DNA of 64,000 bases from NCBI GenBank assembly GCA_017525225.1, contig JAFXTB010000171.1, positions 19,205 to 83,204 on the forward strand. The letters are read 5' to 3'. Of the stretch, positions 45,296 through 54,527 are shown piece by piece. Each line of letters starts with the position of its first letter. The stretch's first letter is position 1. The stretch is from Kiritimatiellia bacterium. GTDB lineage: Bacteria > Verrucomicrobiota > Kiritimatiellia > RFP12 > UBA1067. Below the pieces are notes generated by a model. The model made no database searches. It had not been told where the DNA came from and saw only the letters and a program-made list of their open reading frames with translations. A program made the translations under genes and the position numbers.

Positions 45296-47509
45296 TCAGG
45301 CAAAGCATCTGACGTGGCCCATGAAGTCAGCGACATAGAGCCTGTCATCGGCGACAGTCGCCGAAGCCACGTACGGCACACCGGTGAAGATGCGCTCGCG
45401 GCGTTCGCCGGTTGCGGGATCCCATGCGTACAGCGCGCCGTCCTGGCAGGTCGCCCAGATGAGTCCCTTCCAGACGACGGGACACGACGAAAGGAGCTTG
45501 GCCGGGGGATACTGGTAGTGGACCGTCACCAGCAGCGCATCCTCCACAGGCGCCGTCCACGCCACAGTAAACGTCTTCAGGTCCAGGCATACGAGCCCCT
45601 TCGTCCGGGAGCCGAAGTATGCGCGATCGCCCATGAAGGCCGGCTGCGTGTAGCAGTTGACCGAGAACTTGAACTTGATCCTGCGGACCGGTTCGCCCGT
45701 GTGCGGATCGACCTCGAGGAATTCGTTTGCGGAGGTGAGGTACAGCTTGCCGTCCCTGAACACCGGGAAACCGACCCTCTCGAGCCACGGCAGGCCGGAC
45801 TTGTACCACTCGCTTGTGATACGGCTGGGCTTGCGCGTATGGCGCCAGAGTTCCTTGCCGGTCTTCTCGTCGTAGCCGTAGAGTCCCTGCCAGAACGAAC
45901 CGCTGACGACCACGCCCTCGCCCACGACGACTGCGGACGGCGTTCCGCTATAGCCGCCTTTCTGGTCCTGCGGCCGCCAGCAGATCGTGCCGGTATCGGG
46001 ATCCAGCGCGAAAAGGGCGCGCTGTATGGTGCCGGCATAGAGGCGGTTGGACTTGGGATCGTACGTCATCGCCGTCTTCGACTCCGCCGATTTGCCGTGG
46101 CCCAGCCGTGCGTTCAGGAGCCCCACCGTGTCCAGTGCATTGAAATGCCATATCTCCCGACCTGTCGCCGGATCTAGCGCCTGGAAGTTCCAGTCCACGT
46201 CATGCACGATCACCTTGCCGTTGGCGTGCAGGATGCGCGTCAGAATGTTCGCCTTCGTCGGGTGGGACCAGAGCCTTTTGCCGGTGGCCGCATCGAACGC
46301 GAACACCCCTTCGGTGTTGGTTCCGGCCCAGTCCAGCGTGCCGACGAATACGCGCCCGTCGGCGACGCACGGCGCGCCGTAGAACACGATCCCGGGCACC
46401 TTGGCGTACCACCCGCCCGGCGGCGGCGTCTCGACGGGCTTCCAGGTTTCGCTCTCGGCGTAGCGGTTCTCGGCGTAGAGGCGGTGATCCTTGTCCACGT
46501 GAATGACCTGCAGCGTCGCGAGCTGCATGTAGGGCGGCGCCACGCTCACGACCTCGATCTTCCCGTCGTTGGAGCGGAGGAAGTAGTTGTCGTGCAGGTG
46601 GCCGTGTATGATGGCCTTGAAGTCGCAGGCCGCCCTGAGATCCAGCGGCTCCTTCGTCATCGTGACAATCTTCGACTCGGTATAGATTCTTCGCGTGTCG
46701 TAGATATACGTGTCGTATGCGCCGTGCGTGAGCAGCATCACGGGCTGACCCTTGCGCTTGGCGATCGCGAGGTCGTTGCGCAGCCAGGCGACGATCTCCT
46801 CGACCGTGTACGAGGGCTTCCCGTCGCCCCACGTCATTGGCGTGACGATGAAATGTACCCCACCCGCGTCAAGCGAATACCAGCATGGTCCGTAGTACTT
46901 CTCGAAGGTAGCCTCGCCGTACTCCGGCGCGATGATGTCGTGGTTGCCCTGCACGTAGAAGACGGGCCGGCCCACCGTCTCGAAGTTCATTATCCTCCTG
47001 TGCGCCTCCATGCCCTTCGCCGCGCAGATGTCGCCGGTATGCACGAAAAAGGCGCAGTTGCGCTCGTCGGCGAACCTCTTCGCCCGCGCGATCCAGACGC
47101 GTTCACGCGCGGAGTCGTCGCGTATCTCGCTGTCGCCGATGTGCATGATCGTGAACGGGCCGGGCTTGGAGGCCGCCCACGGCAGCAGATTGAAATCGTA
47201 TGGAGCGCCAGCCCCGGCGAAGCGGATGTAGTGGCACGGCACGCGCCAGCCACTAGGCGGTGTCACGGATATGAAGCGCACACCCTCGCGCGCAGGCAGC
47301 GACCATGAACCGTCCTCCGCCGTCTCTGTGCAGTTGAGCCCGTCGGTCACGACCACCCCGGCCATGCCCTTGCCGTCTGCGGTCACGCGGCCCTTGACGC
47401 TGGCGGCATCCGCCGCCAATACGCCGCCCGCAAATGCCGCCGCGCCTCCAGCAGCGGCGTTCTTTATGAAGGACCTTCTGTTGACGTAGCACGCTTTTTT
47501 TGCTTCCAT
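45296..47509 (-). CDS. Tat-exported calcineurin-like metallophosphoesterase with C-terminal PQQ-like beta-propeller (paralog 1)
   Basis: NRRSFIK; GVVVTDG, HIGDSE, HTGD, GNHD, LTHG, HGHLH; propeller repeats AFDAATGKRLW, ALDPATGREIW, YDEKTGKELW. Confidence 0.88.
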   Translation of the reverse strand: MEAKKACYVNRRSFIKNAAAGGAAAFAGGVLAADAASVKGRVTADGKGMAGVVVTDGLNCTETAEDGSWSLPAREGVRFISVTPPSGWRVPCHYIRFAGAGAPYDFNLLPWAASKPGPFTIMHIGDSEIRDDSARERVWIARAKRFADERNCAFFVHTGDICAAKGMEAHRRIMNFETVGRPVFYVQGNHDIIAPEYGEATFEKYYGPCWYSLDAGGVHFIVTPMTWGDGKPSYTVEEIVAWLRNDLAIAKRKGQPVMLLTHGAYDTYIYDTRRIYTESKIVTMTKEPLDLRAACDFKAIIHGHLHDNYFLRSNDGKIEVVSVAPPYMQLATLQVIHVDKDHRLYAENRYAESETWKPVETPPPGGWYAKVPGIVFYGAPCVADGRVFVGTLDWAGTNTEGVFAFDAATGKRLWSHPTKANILTRILHANGKVIVHDVDWNFQALDPATGREIWHFNALDTVGLLNARLGHGKSAESKTAMTYDPKSNRLYAGTIQRALFALDPDTGTICWRPQDQKGGYSGTPSAVVVGEGVVVSGSFWQGLYGYDEKTGKELWRHTRKPSRITSEWYKSGLPWLERVGFPVFRDGKLYLTSANEFLEVDPHTGEPVRRIKFKFSVNCYTQPAFMGDRAYFGSRTKGLVCLDLKTFTVAWTAPVEDALLVTVHYQYPPAKLLSSCPVVWKGLIWATCQDGALYAWDPATGERRERIFTGVPYVASATVADDRLYVADFMGHVRCFA

Positions 47510-47531
47510 GGTTTTCATCCTTCTCGTTCGT

Positions 47532-48806
47532 CTAAGTGAGCATGTATGGCTGTGAGAACAGTTCCTCGCCAGAGCCGTCGAGCGCATACGCCTTGACCCT
47601 TGCGAACACATGGGCGCCTTTACGCGGCGCACTTGATCCGTAGATACCCTCCATCGTCCATTTGATGGAAGTCGCCCGCTTTTCCTCCTTGACCGTTCCA
47701 CACCCTGTGATGACCACGAGTCGCGCCGGCTTGTCGGTTTCCGCCTCTACCGTGGTGCCTTCGAAATTGATGCGCGTGAACTTCAGCTCGTTCAATCCGC
47801 GTTTCGCGCCGTAGAAGTTGCCGTCGCGGTACGCCTTGAGGCATGCGTGCGCGCTGCGTTCCGGCGTCACCAGAACGTTCACGCCAAACGAATTGTCCTT
47901 GCGCCGTATGCTGTGGTCCGGTACGAAGAAGCCGAAGCATTGCCGACCTGTCGCCAGGATCCAGTCCCAGTAGGATTCACCGTTGACGTTTCCCCCTTCT
48001 ATGACCTCCATGCCCAGGACGCGCGAATCATGGTCGAGTATCTTCAGGAGAAGGTTCCTGTCGTACGACGACCATACCGGGTGGTTGATGGTCACACCGC
48101 CGCCGTCCGGATACATGAGGCCTTCGATCATGCGGTCTACGGCCACGTTCCACGGCTCGCCCGATCCAAAGCAATAACCGCCGCGTTTCCCCGTCTGGAA
48201 GCGCCTTCTCTGCCACTGGTCGAACGTGCCGGAAGAGAAAAGAGACCCCGGCGAATTCATGTGCAGATAGATATGGTGACTTCCATCGACAACGAACATG
48301 TGGTGTTCGGCGTTCGGAGCCTCCATTACGCCTTCCGGCAAGGGACGGAATATCTTTCCGCCTTCCTTGAACGGATACTCCTTCTGCAGTTCCGGCGGAA
48401 GTTCCTTTATCCACTGCCCTACGATCCGGTTCCAGTCGAACGGCCCTTCGACGCGCTTGCCGTTGACGGTCACCGGGAAGTCGTGATGGACACGGTAGTA
48501 GTTCTCCGTCATCTTTTCGAGCGGATACCAAGGCGCGCTCGGGTAGTAGTTGGAGAGCGTAAGGAACTCGATCCGTCCGAGAATGGCGTCGAGGTCCTGC
48601 TGCGTCCTGCAATGCACGTGCGTAGTACCCCGTACCTGATGCGCCGTCGTCCAGTCCAGCCCCTTGTACGGGTGCCTGTTCCGGGGCGGAACGGACGGCT
48701 TCCGATCCGCCGCCGCCTCGGCCGGTGCTTGCAAAGCAGACGCCCCGACCGTTCCCACGGCGGCGATTGCCGCCCCCGACGAGATGAATTCCCTTCTGTT
48801 GACCAT
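47532..48806 (-). CDS. Tat-exported PHP-like metallohydrolase
   Basis: MVNRREFI; GTTHVH, NAEHH, INHP, GMEVIE, VPDH, AYRDGNFY; C-terminal FARVKA...FSQPY. Confidence 0.6.
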   Translation of the reverse strand: MVNRREFISSGAAIAAVGTVGASALQAPAEAAADRKPSVPPRNRHPYKGLDWTTAHQVRGTTHVHCRTQQDLDAILGRIEFLTLSNYYPSAPWYPLEKMTENYYRVHHDFPVTVNGKRVEGPFDWNRIVGQWIKELPPELQKEYPFKEGGKIFRPLPEGVMEAPNAEHHMFVVDGSHHIYLHMNSPGSLFSSGTFDQWQRRRFQTGKRGGYCFGSGEPWNVAVDRMIEGLMYPDGGGVTINHPVWSSYDRNLLLKILDHDSRVLGMEVIEGGNVNGESYWDWILATGRQCFGFFVPDHSIRRKDNSFGVNVLVTPERSAHACLKAYRDGNFYGAKRGLNELKFTRINFEGTTVEAETDKPARLVVITGCGTVKEEKRATSIKWTMEGIYGSSAPRKGAHVFARVKAYALDGSGEELFSQPYMLT

Positions 48807-48836
48807 CTACCTCTCCTTGCCCCGCGACATCTCGCA

Positions 48837-49715
48837 TCAATGGCACTTGTATTCGGTAACGTTGACCAGACGATTCCCGGCACGATCGTACTCGATGAAA
48901 TCGATCAGCGCATAGATCGGTTCACGGTCGCGATCCTTGACGAAACGGTTCATCGTGCGAAGACGCATGAAGAGGTCGCGCCCCCCGGCGCGCGACGCCG
49001 GCACGCGCTCGAACCCTTCGCCGCCGATGCCATGCAAGGCGGAGACGTCCGGAGTCGAAACGATGCCCACGTTCCTGTCCAGGACAACCAAGGGCTTGGC
49101 GCCGTTGTAGAATATGGCAAAGAGGCTGTTGCCGTCCGTGGCGGCGTTCTGGCAGCCAAACGCGGTCTTCACGCCGTAGCAGAGCTCCTTGATGTCAATC
49201 ATTTTGAGAGTCTTTGCATCGACGCGGATGAAGCGGTTGGTGTAGTGCCCCTCCATCGGACTTGGCCCGAAGCCTGCGTACAGCACGCCGTCTATCGCGG
49301 CTATGCCGTCGAGGCCCTCGTCGAATTCCACCTTGCGGATGAAGTTGAGGTCCGTATCGTATTCGTAGATACCGCTTTTAGGTGCTACATTGAGAGCCTT
49401 CGTTCCCCACTTCGCGACGGTGGCATAGATCCTGCCGTTGTACACGCAGATGTCGCCTGTGTGCGACGGCACATCGACCTTCTTGATGAATTTGCCATTC
49501 CAGTCGAACTTCGTCAGCTGGATCATCTGCGAGAGGTAGATGGCGTTCTCGTCCGCACAAAATCCCTGCACGTGGTTGCCGTTGCGTACGCCAGGCACCG
49601 TATGCACAAGTACGGCCTTCTCCGTCTCGAGCGCAGGCAGGTTAGACGGCTTGCCCGCCCCCGCCGCCTGCAGGAACGCCGCGGCGGCCATGAACGCGAA
49701 TGTCAGACGAAGCAT
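48837..49715 (-). CDS. Exported hypothetical beta-propeller-like protein
   Basis: Start reassigned to MLRLTFAFMAAAA; HVQGFC, HTGDICVYNGRIY, DGIAAIDG, GCQNAATDG. Confidence 0.65.
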   Translation of the reverse strand: MLRLTFAFMAAAAFLQAAGAGKPSNLPALETEKAVLVHTVPGVRNGNHVQGFCADENAIYLSQMIQLTKFDWNGKFIKKVDVPSHTGDICVYNGRIYATVAKWGTKALNVAPKSGIYEYDTDLNFIRKVEFDEGLDGIAAIDGVLYAGFGPSPMEGHYTNRFIRVDAKTLKMIDIKELCYGVKTAFGCQNAATDGNSLFAIFYNGAKPLVVLDRNVGIVSTPDVSALHGIGGEGFERVPASRAGGRDLFMRLRTMNRFVKDRDREPIYALIDFIEYDRAGNRLVNVTEYKCH

Positions 49716-51892
49716 CTCACACCTCCCGTGAAATCGGCGGCATACAGCCTGTTTTCGTGGATCGTTGCGGATGCCGTGTACGGCACTCCCGTGAATATGC
49801 GCTCCTTGCGCTCGCCTGTCTGCGGATCCCATGCGTAGAGTGCACCGTCCTGGCAAGGCGCCCATATAAGCCCCTTCCACAGCACCGGACACGAAGAAAG
49901 CGAACGTATCGGCGGATACTGGTAGTGGAGCGTCACGAGCAGGGCCTCTTCGACCGGGGCCGTCCAGACAAGGTCGAACTTCTTCAGATCGAAGCAGATC
50001 AAACCCTTGCGCTGCGAACCGAAGTATGCCCTGTCGCCGATGAAGAGCGGCTGCGTGTAGCAGTTCACGGAGAAGTCGAACTTCTTTCTGCGGATCGGCT
50101 CGCCGGTATGCGGCTCGACTTCGAGGAACTCCTTGTCGGAGGTGAGATAAAGCTTGCCGTCCTTGAACACGGGAAACCCGAACCGTTCGATCCATGGCAG
50201 GCCGGACCTGTACCATTCCTGCGTGACGGAACTGTTGTTGCGCGTATGCCGCCACAGTTCCTTGCCCGTCTTCTCGTCGTAGCCGAAAAGCCCGACCCAG
50301 AAGGAACTGCCCACCACTACGCCTTCGCCGACCACTGGTGCGGACGGCGTACCGATGAACTGTACTCTTTCATCCTGCGTGCGCCAGCATATCCTGCCGG
50401 CGTCGGGATCTATGGCGAAGAGAGACTTCCTCGCCGTGCCCACGTAGATGCGGTTTGAACTGGGATCGTAGGTCATCGCGGATTTCGAGGTGCCGGAATT
50501 GCCGCCTCCGAGCCTGTTGCCTATTAGCCCTATGTCGCCGCGCACGTCAAGTTTCCAGATCACCCTGCCCGTCGCCGGGTCGAGGGCGCGAAGTCCCCAT
50601 TCCATGTCGTGCACGATAACCTTGCCGTTCACATGGAGGATGCGCGTCATCACGTTGGCCTTGATTGAATGGAACCAGAGTTCCTTGCCTGTGGCGGCGT
50701 CGAGCGCGAATACGCCCGCCTTGTCGGTGCCGGCCCAGTCAATAGTGCCTACGAACACGCGTCCGTCCGCGACGCACGGCGCGCCGTAGAATACTATCCC
50801 CGGTACATTTGCAAGCCAGCCACCCGGCGGCGGAGCAACCACCGGCTTCCAAGGCTCGCCATGGCCGTAGCGGTTCTCGGCATAGAGGCGGCGATCCTTG
50901 TCCACATGGATCACCTGCAACGTGGAAAGTTGCTTGTACGGCGGCGCGACGCTCACGACCTCGATCTTCCGGTCCTCGGAACGGCGCAGGTAGTTCTGGT
51001 GCAGATGCCCGTGGATGATGGCCTTGAAGTCGCAGGCGGCCATAACATCGAAAGGCTCCTTGGTGAGAGTGACTATCTGCGAATGCGAATAGAGCTTGCG
51101 CATGTCGTAGATCTTGGTGTCGTAGCAGCCATGAGTGAGCAGCATGACGGGCTGGCCCTTGCGTCTCGCTATCGCGAGGTCGTTGCGCAGCCAGGCCACT
51201 ATCTCGTCGGCGGTGTACGAGGGCTTGCCGTCGCCCCACATCATGGGCGTCGCCACGAAATGCACGCCGCCCGCGTCGAGCGAATACCAGCACGGGCCGT
51301 AGAACTTCTCGAACGTCGCCTCGCCGTTCTCGGGCGTGATGATGTCGTGGTTGCCCTGCACGTAGAACACCGGCCTTCCCACCGTCTCGAAGTTCATTAT
51401 CTGGATATGGGCCGCCATGCCCCTCGCCGCGCAGATGTCGCCGGTATGCACGAAGAAGGCGCAGTTGCGCTCGTCGGCGAACTTCTTCGCCTTCCGTATC
51501 CACACGCGCTCGCGTTCGGAGGTGTCGCTTATCTCGCTGTCGCCGATGTGCATGATCGTGAAAGGACCAGGCTTGGAGGCCGGCCACGGCAGGAGGTCGA
51601 AGTCGTACGCGGCATCGGCGCCCGCGAAGCGGATGTAGTGGCAGGGAACGCGCCAGCCGCTCGGCGGCGTAACGGAGATGAAGCGCACCCCTTCGCGAGC
51701 CGGCAGCGACCAGGATCCGTCCGCAGCGGTCTCAACGCAGTTCAGCCCGTCTGTGACAACCACGCCGCCCATGCCCTTGCCGGCTGCTGTGACGCGCCCA
51801 CGCACAGTACCCGCCGCAGCGAGCGCATTGCCAGTCCATACGACCGCGCCACCGGCGGCGGCATTCTTCAAGAACGATCTTCTGTTGACCAT
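49703..51892 (-). CDS. Tat-exported calcineurin-like metallophosphoesterase with C-terminal PQQ-like beta-propeller (paralog 2)
   Basis: MVNRRSFLK; same motifs and long identical peptide blocks shared with 45296..47509. Confidence 0.88.
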   Translation of the reverse strand: MVNRRSFLKNAAAGGAVVWTGNALAAAGTVRGRVTAAGKGMGGVVVTDGLNCVETAADGSWSLPAREGVRFISVTPPSGWRVPCHYIRFAGADAAYDFDLLPWPASKPGPFTIMHIGDSEISDTSERERVWIRKAKKFADERNCAFFVHTGDICAARGMAAHIQIMNFETVGRPVFYVQGNHDIITPENGEATFEKFYGPCWYSLDAGGVHFVATPMMWGDGKPSYTADEIVAWLRNDLAIARRKGQPVMLLTHGCYDTKIYDMRKLYSHSQIVTLTKEPFDVMAACDFKAIIHGHLHQNYLRRSEDRKIEVVSVAPPYKQLSTLQVIHVDKDRRLYAENRYGHGEPWKPVVAPPPGGWLANVPGIVFYGAPCVADGRVFVGTIDWAGTDKAGVFALDAATGKELWFHSIKANVMTRILHVNGKVIVHDMEWGLRALDPATGRVIWKLDVRGDIGLIGNRLGGGNSGTSKSAMTYDPSSNRIYVGTARKSLFAIDPDAGRICWRTQDERVQFIGTPSAPVVGEGVVVGSSFWVGLFGYDEKTGKELWRHTRNNSSVTQEWYRSGLPWIERFGFPVFKDGKLYLTSDKEFLEVEPHTGEPIRRKKFDFSVNCYTQPLFIGDRAYFGSQRKGLICFDLKKFDLVWTAPVEEALLVTLHYQYPPIRSLSSCPVLWKGLIWAPCQDGALYAWDPQTGERKERIFTGVPYTASATIHENRLYAADFTGGVRCFV

Positions 51893-51986
51893 GTGATTTT
51901 ATCTCCTGTATGAATCGTTAGGATACGAACGCTGTCATAGCCGATATTGGCACGGGCGGTATTATACCTTCCCCATTTCCGTTTTG

Positions 51987-54437
51987 TCAATTACGGAGGG
52001 GCGCATTCGCGCATCGTGGCGAAATGGTGTTTGTACCGGGATGGAGCGGCATCGTGCGCCCCTTCCATACGAACTCGCCATCGACGGAATCGGGAAGAAC
52101 CACGGTTCCCGAAACCGAGTCACCCTCAAAGTGCAGGTTCTCCTCGATGAATCCCCTGGGATGCGGAGCTCGGACCTTCATGGAATGCAGGCCGCCAGGT
52201 TGAGGCGCTATGCGAACGCGCCCGTAGAACGGTGCCGCGGAATCGATTCCCGCAAGCCCACGCTGCATGAACACGAGAGGATGCGATCCCCATGCGTGAC
52301 AGTCGCTGCGCGCCTCCTTTCTGCCATCCATCTCTCCATCGGGGGCCTCAAGCGGCGTCTTCAGGTCCTGCTTGACATAGTCCCGCCAGAGATCGAGACG
52401 TTTCAGGAAGAGATCGGGACGCCCGAACTTGAAATACGAATCAAAGAGATAGTACGAGAAATATACCGAGCAACGAGCGAGGCCAGGGGCGGAGACGAGT
52501 CCCTCGAACACGCGACGGGCACGGTCCTTTTCAAGCCTGCTGCATGCGAGGGCAAGGCACTGCGCATGTTCAGAGAACACGTCGTGGCGCAGCGTGTCGG
52601 CAAACATTCCGCGGGATTCGTCCCAGAAAAGACGCTCCACTGAAGCGAACGTCCTGGCGGACTGTTCCATTCGCAGATCCGCAAGCGCTTCATTCCCCAT
52701 CGCGCGTTCGACCGCTGCCATGCCCTCCAACGTCATTGCCCAGTACAGGTTGTTGACCGCAGACGGAGAGGATGAATCGCCATCAGGCGCATTGCCGCAA
52801 TCCCATTCCGGCACCCAGTCCACAAAGCTCCAGCCTGGCAGCGAAGCGAGAAGCCCGTCGCCATTCTCCAGCAGCGCGATTCCATCGACCACGTGCCTCA
52901 TCCCGGGCAGACGCGCCTTCAGCCATTCGCGATTGGCATGGTAGCGCACGTAGTCGGCATACATCATCAGATGGCACATGGAGTATGTCACCGACTCCTG
53001 CAGACCGCGCGAAGGATAGTTCATGGGAGCAAGGCCGCTGTCCCTGCGGCCATAGTCAAAGAACTCTATCGCACGGCGGATGAGACGGTCATCCGCGCTC
53101 ATCGCCGCAAGGACGCGCAGTTCGACGCGGGAATCTCCAGGATACATCTGCTGCTCGTAGAACGGACAGTCGAAGAGCATCTCATGCGCACACATCTGCA
53201 TGCCTCGCGCGCAGATGCGGCGCACGGGCTGGATGGTCGGATCGTCGCAGGCAAAAACGCTCTCGTCCTCCACTGGATAGCGGGATTCCAAGATGGCAAT
53301 GTCGTTCACTTCGAGCGGCGAATCCGCCGTCTCCACCACGATTCTCACCCAGCGCCCACTACGCCACCACGGCGTAGAGAACTCGGCGTCGTCGCGCCCG
53401 TCCGGCAGGAAGAGATCCGTGAAGCCCTTGAACATCTTGCCTCGCCACTCGGCACGGTTACGCGTCTTGAGCCCGTTCTTTTCGCGCACGGCCTCGCTCC
53501 ATCCCCAGGTTATACGGGCTCCGGCGCCTCCGGACGTCTTCAGGACAGGATAGGCGCAGTAGTAGTCCTGAAGATCCCATAGAATCTCCTTCTTCGATTG
53601 CGGCGGCACCGTGAAACCTTCGCCGATCTTCACATCGCCCGTCTTGAACTCGCCGGGACGAACCAGGATCTCCGTCTGGTCTGGCAGCTGCGCAGGATAA
53701 AGAATCCATCCGGGACGTCTCGTGCCGACACGGTTGATTCGCTTGGTCCGGACTGCGTCGCGTACTACGGCCACGTTTCCCCATCGCTCGGGCATTTCTG
53801 TCGCAAGGCCCGTTCCGCTGACCCGGAATGGCGCGCCGCACCCCCACGAACGCGCCCTTTCCAACGTCCCGTCGCTATGCGTCCCCTTCAGCGCCCCAGC
53901 CTTCCATGGCGCCTTGCCTGTAGTGAGCAACGCGTCAAACGGCCCGTCGGCCTTGAGGACAAATCCTCCTCGCCACGACAGCTGCGCCAGCGGTGCCGCT
54001 TCCCCGATGCGCCAGACGACCGCGTCAAGCGTGTGTGGACCTGCCGGAAGATCAATGTCATACGTGTGGCACATCCAGTTTTCCACTAGACCGCGATTCG
54101 GTCCGCGCGCCACGATGCGTCCGTCCAGAATCAAGATGAAACGTTCATCGGCGCTTACATCCACCCGTGCCGTCCCGCCTGGCGATACGAATTCGCGCCG
54201 GAAACGAAAATACCTTTCCGGAGCGGTGGCGATTTCATTCCTGAATTCGGTAGGCCATATCCACTTCGCCTCGTCGATCGGCAGCAGGACATGCACCCCC
54301 GCATCGCCACGCGAATATCGTTCCGGACGGAACACGCGTCTTACCGACGCATCGGCGGAAGCCTGGCCGCAAACGGCAGCCGCAACGAAAGCGCAGGCAA
54401 GGTTCTGCCGCAACCATGAGATTCTTGAGGACTTCAT
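51987..54437 (-). CDS. GH78 family alpha-L-rhamnosidase-like protein
   Basis: Signal peptide; VSADERF, DCPFYEQQMYPGD, WSFVDW, SEHAQ, RSDCHAWGSHP. Confidence 0.88.
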   Translation of the reverse strand: MKSSRISWLRQNLACAFVAAAVCGQASADASVRRVFRPERYSRGDAGVHVLLPIDEAKWIWPTEFRNEIATAPERYFRFRREFVSPGGTARVDVSADERFILILDGRIVARGPNRGLVENWMCHTYDIDLPAGPHTLDAVVWRIGEAAPLAQLSWRGGFVLKADGPFDALLTTGKAPWKAGALKGTHSDGTLERARSWGCGAPFRVSGTGLATEMPERWGNVAVVRDAVRTKRINRVGTRRPGWILYPAQLPDQTEILVRPGEFKTGDVKIGEGFTVPPQSKKEILWDLQDYYCAYPVLKTSGGAGARITWGWSEAVREKNGLKTRNRAEWRGKMFKGFTDLFLPDGRDDAEFSTPWWRSGRWVRIVVETADSPLEVNDIAILESRYPVEDESVFACDDPTIQPVRRICARGMQMCAHEMLFDCPFYEQQMYPGDSRVELRVLAAMSADDRLIRRAIEFFDYGRRDSGLAPMNYPSRGLQESVTYSMCHLMMYADYVRYHANREWLKARLPGMRHVVDGIALLENGDGLLASLPGWSFVDWVPEWDCGNAPDGDSSSPSAVNNLYWAMTLEGMAAVERAMGNEALADLRMEQSARTFASVERLFWDESRGMFADTLRHDVFSEHAQCLALACSRLEKDRARRVFEGLVSAPGLARCSVYFSYYLFDSYFKFGRPDLFLKRLDLWRDYVKQDLKTPLEAPDGEMDGRKEARSDCHAWGSHPLVFMQRGLAGIDSAAPFYGRVRIAPQPGGLHSMKVRAPHPRGFIEENLHFEGDSVSGTVVLPDSVDGEFVWKGRTMPLHPGTNTISPRCANAPLRN

Positions 54438-54527
54438 GCTATCACTTTTCCTTCACATCGATTTCGCCGAGCGCATAGCGATGCCGCGACGATGGCTGTT
54501 GCTGTTAGCTTTCTCATTTTCACTTCC

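Noticed and set aside
47474-51892. Shared nucleotides CTTCTGTTGAC at three Tat leader starts and AGA/AGG twin-arginine codons
   Set aside because: Explained by paralogy, the constrained VNRR peptide and ordinary A-rich 5' codon bias.
45296-51892. Diversity-generating retroelement template/variable repeat pair
   Set aside because: Differences between the paralogs are spread over the whole genes and do not look adenine-specific; no reverse transcriptase in the window.
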